64,000 nucleotides of DNA. It comes from Perkinsela sp. CCAP 1560/9. Lineage: Eukaryota > Protista > Euglenozoa: Kinetoplastea. Made by a program: the position numbers and the translations under genes. The DNA lies in the NCBI GenBank assembly GCA_965644495.1, contig CBFFSA010000011.1, positions 558,001-622,000 of the forward strand, read 5' to 3'. Shown here piece after piece: positions 62,030 to 64,000 of the stretch (position 1 is the stretch's first letter; the number at the start of each line of letters is the position of its first letter). The notes beneath the pieces were generated by a model that was not told the DNA's origin, did no database searches, and saw only the letters and a program-made list of their open reading frames with translations.

Positions 62030-64000
62030 TCTTCAAAAAAACAAAGGTCTTCAAAAAAACAAAGGTCTTCAAAAAAAAAAAGGTCTTCAAAAAAACAAAG
62101 GTCTTCAAAAAAACAAAGTTCTTCAAAAAAAACAAAGGTCTTCAAAAAAACAAAGGTCTTCAAAAAAACAAAGGTCTTCAAAAAAAAACAAAGGTCTTCA
62201 AAAAAACAAAGGTCTTCAAAAAAAACAAAGGTCTTCAAAAAAAACAAAGGTCTTCAAAAAAACATAGGTCTTCAAAAAAACAAAGGTCTTCAAAAAAAAC
62301 AAAGTTCTTCAAAAAAAACAAAGGTCTTCAAAAAAACAAAGGTCTTCAAAAAAACAAAGGTCTTCAAAAAAAACAAAGGTCTTCAAAAAAACAAAGGTCT
62401 TCAAAAAAAACAAAGGTCTTCAAAAAAAACAAAGGTCTTCAAAAAAACATAGGTCTTCAAAAAAACAAAGGTCTTCAAAAAAACAAAGGTCTTCAAAAAA
62501 ACAAAGGTCTTCAAAAAAACAAAGGTCTTCAAAAACAAAGGTCTTCAAAAAAACAAAGGTCTTCAAAAAAACAAAGATCTTCAAAAAAAGAAAGGTCTTC
62601 AAAAAAAACAAAGGTCTTCAAAAAAACAAAGGTCTTCAAAAAAACAAAGGTCTTCAAAAAAACAAAGGTCTTCAAAAAAACAAAGGTCTTCAAAAAAACA
62701 AAAGGTCTTCAAAAAAAGAAAGGTCTTCAAAAAAACAAAGGTCTTCAAAAAAACAAAGGTCTTCGAAAAAACAAAGGTCTTCAAAAAAACAAAGGTCTTC
62801 AAAAAAACAAAGGTCTTCAAAAAAACAAAGGTCTTCAAAAAAACAAAAGGTCTTCAAAAAAAGAAAGGTCTTCAAAAAAACAAAGGTCTTCAAAAAAACA
62901 AAGGTCTTCGAAAAAACAAAGGTCTTCAAAAAAACAAAGGTCTTCAAAAAAAAAAAGGTCTTCAAAAAAAACAAAGGTCTTCAAAAAAACAAAAGTCTTT
63001 AAAAAAACAAAGTCTTCAAAAAATCAAAGGTCTTCAAAAAAACAAAGGTCTTCAAAAAAACAAAGGTCTTCAAAAAAACAAAGGTCTTCAAAAAAACAAA
63101 GGTCTTCAAAAAAACATAGGTCTTCAAAAAAACAAAGGTCTTCAAAAAAACAAAGGTCTTCAAAAAAAAAAAGGTCTTCAAAAAAAAAGGGTCTTCAAAA
63201 AAAACAAAGGTCTTCAAAAAAACAAAAGTCTTCAAAAAAACAAAGTCTTCAAAAAATCAAAGGTCTTCAAAAAAACAAAGGTCTTCAAAAAAACAAAGGT
63301 CTTCAAAAAAACAAAGGTCTTCAAAAAAACAAAGGTCTTCAAAAAAATAAAGGTCTTCAAAAAAACAAAGGTCTTCAAAAAAACAAAGGTCTTCAAAAAA
63401 ACATAGGTCTTCAAAAAAACAAAGGTCTTCAAAAAAACAAAGGTCTTCAAAAAAACAAAGGTCTTCAAAAAAAAAAAGGTCTTCAAAAAAACAAAGGTCT
63501 TCAAAAAAACAAAGTTCTTCAAAAAAAACAAAGGTCTTCAAAAAAACAAAGGTCTTCAAAAAAACAAAGGTCTTCAAAAAAAAACAAAGGTCTTCAAAAA
63601 AACAAAGGTCTTCAAAAAAAACAAAGGTCTTCAAAAAAAACAAAGGTCTTCAAAAAAACATAGGTCTTCAAAAAAACAAAGGTCTTCAAAAAAAACAAAG
63701 TTCTTCAAAAAAAACAAAGGTCTTCAAAAAAACAAAGGTCTTCAAAAAAACAAAGGTCTTCAAAAAAAACAAAGGTCTTCAAAAAAACAAAGGTCTTCAA
63801 AAAAAACAAAGGTCTTCAAAAAAAACAAAGGTCTTCAAAAAAACATAGGTCTTCAAAAAAACAAAGGTCTTCAAAAAAACAAAGGTCTTCAAAAAAACAA
63901 AGGTCTTCAAAAAAACAAAGGTCTTCAAAAACAAAGGTCTTCAAAAAAACAAAGGTCTTCAAAAAAACAAAGATCTTCAAAAAAAGAAAGGTCTTCAAAA
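62030..64000 (+). repeat. Local duplication, offset 1,396 bp (about 62,030-62,600 vs about 63,430-64,000)
   Basis: GTTCTTC variant at 62118/63514 and 62304/63700; AGATCT at 62575/63971. Confidence 0.9.

Larger units (their letters stand above)
1..64000 (+). repeat. Tandem satellite array of an 18-bp monomer (GGTCTTCAAAAAAACAAA)n, about 3,550-3,600 copies, single orientation, open at both window ends
   Basis: Every line consists of GGTCTTC + A7 + C + AAA or a 1-3 nt variant of it. Consensus composition is A10 C3 G2 T3 (28% GC, strongly A-skewed on +). I saw no interruption or inversion. The ORF track shows only the periodic hexapeptides KKTKVF/QKNKGL/KKQRSS (+) and FLKTFV/FFEDLC (-). Confidence 0.99.

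Noticed and set aside
102-63998. Hundreds of minus-strand ORFs (FLKTFV / FFEDLC repeats)
   Set aside because: They are translations of the 18-bp monomer with TTG/GTG-type starts, overlap in two frames and contain no unique sequence. They are not genes.
1-64000. CRISPR array
   Set aside because: There are no unique spacers, the period is only 18 bp, and no leader or cas genes are present.
1-64000. Telomerase-made telomeric repeat
   Set aside because: Neither strand is G-rich in the usual telomeric way. kb-scale duplicated variant patterns indicate recombinational growth. A subtelomeric location cannot be excluded from this window.
1-64000. Sequencing noise, or a synthetic BbsI/Golden Gate or rolling-circle concatemer
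   Set aside because: Variants are nested, regionally structured and reproduced at exact long-range offsets with private differences between copies. Local misassembly of individual duplications remains possible.
1-64000. Repeated intrinsic terminators or hairpins (minus-strand T7 runs)
   Set aside because: No GC-rich stem precedes the T runs. The monomer has no substantial inverted repeat and I saw no inverted segment of the array.
1-64000. Variant order as a deliberate information code or strict regular HOR
   Set aside because: Periods are irregular (about 0.2-34 kb) and are adequately explained by nested duplications and monomer slippage. Nothing in the window suggests a reader or writer system.

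Overview
All 64,000 bp are one uninterrupted head-to-tail tandem array (satellite DNA) of an 18-bp monomer, consensus GGTCTTC-AAAAAAA-C-AAA (minus strand TTTGTTTTTTTGAAGACC). It holds roughly 3,550-3,600 copies (estimate from 64,000/~18), all in one orientation, and runs off both ends of the window. I found no unique sequence, real gene, RNA gene, transposon or CRISPR array. Every ORF in the track is a by-product of a monomer whose length is a multiple of 3 and which is stop-free in 5 of 6 frames. The informative signal is in the rare monomer variants. They recur in fixed-order cassettes and in nested tandem or dispersed duplications with periods of about 0.2, 0.46, 0.9-1.0, 1.2-1.9, 2.7, 5.6, 10.8, 17.3, 23 and 34 kb. 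They also form regional sub-domains with nested mutations that allow the expansion events to be ordered. This fits a recently expanded satellite with irregular higher-order structure, probably eukaryotic heterochromatin (inference). I cannot name the family or organism, and I see no direct evidence of a novel coding system. Duplication boundaries are approximate (about +/-50-100 bp); offsets come from diagnostic variants and identical ORF-track entries.
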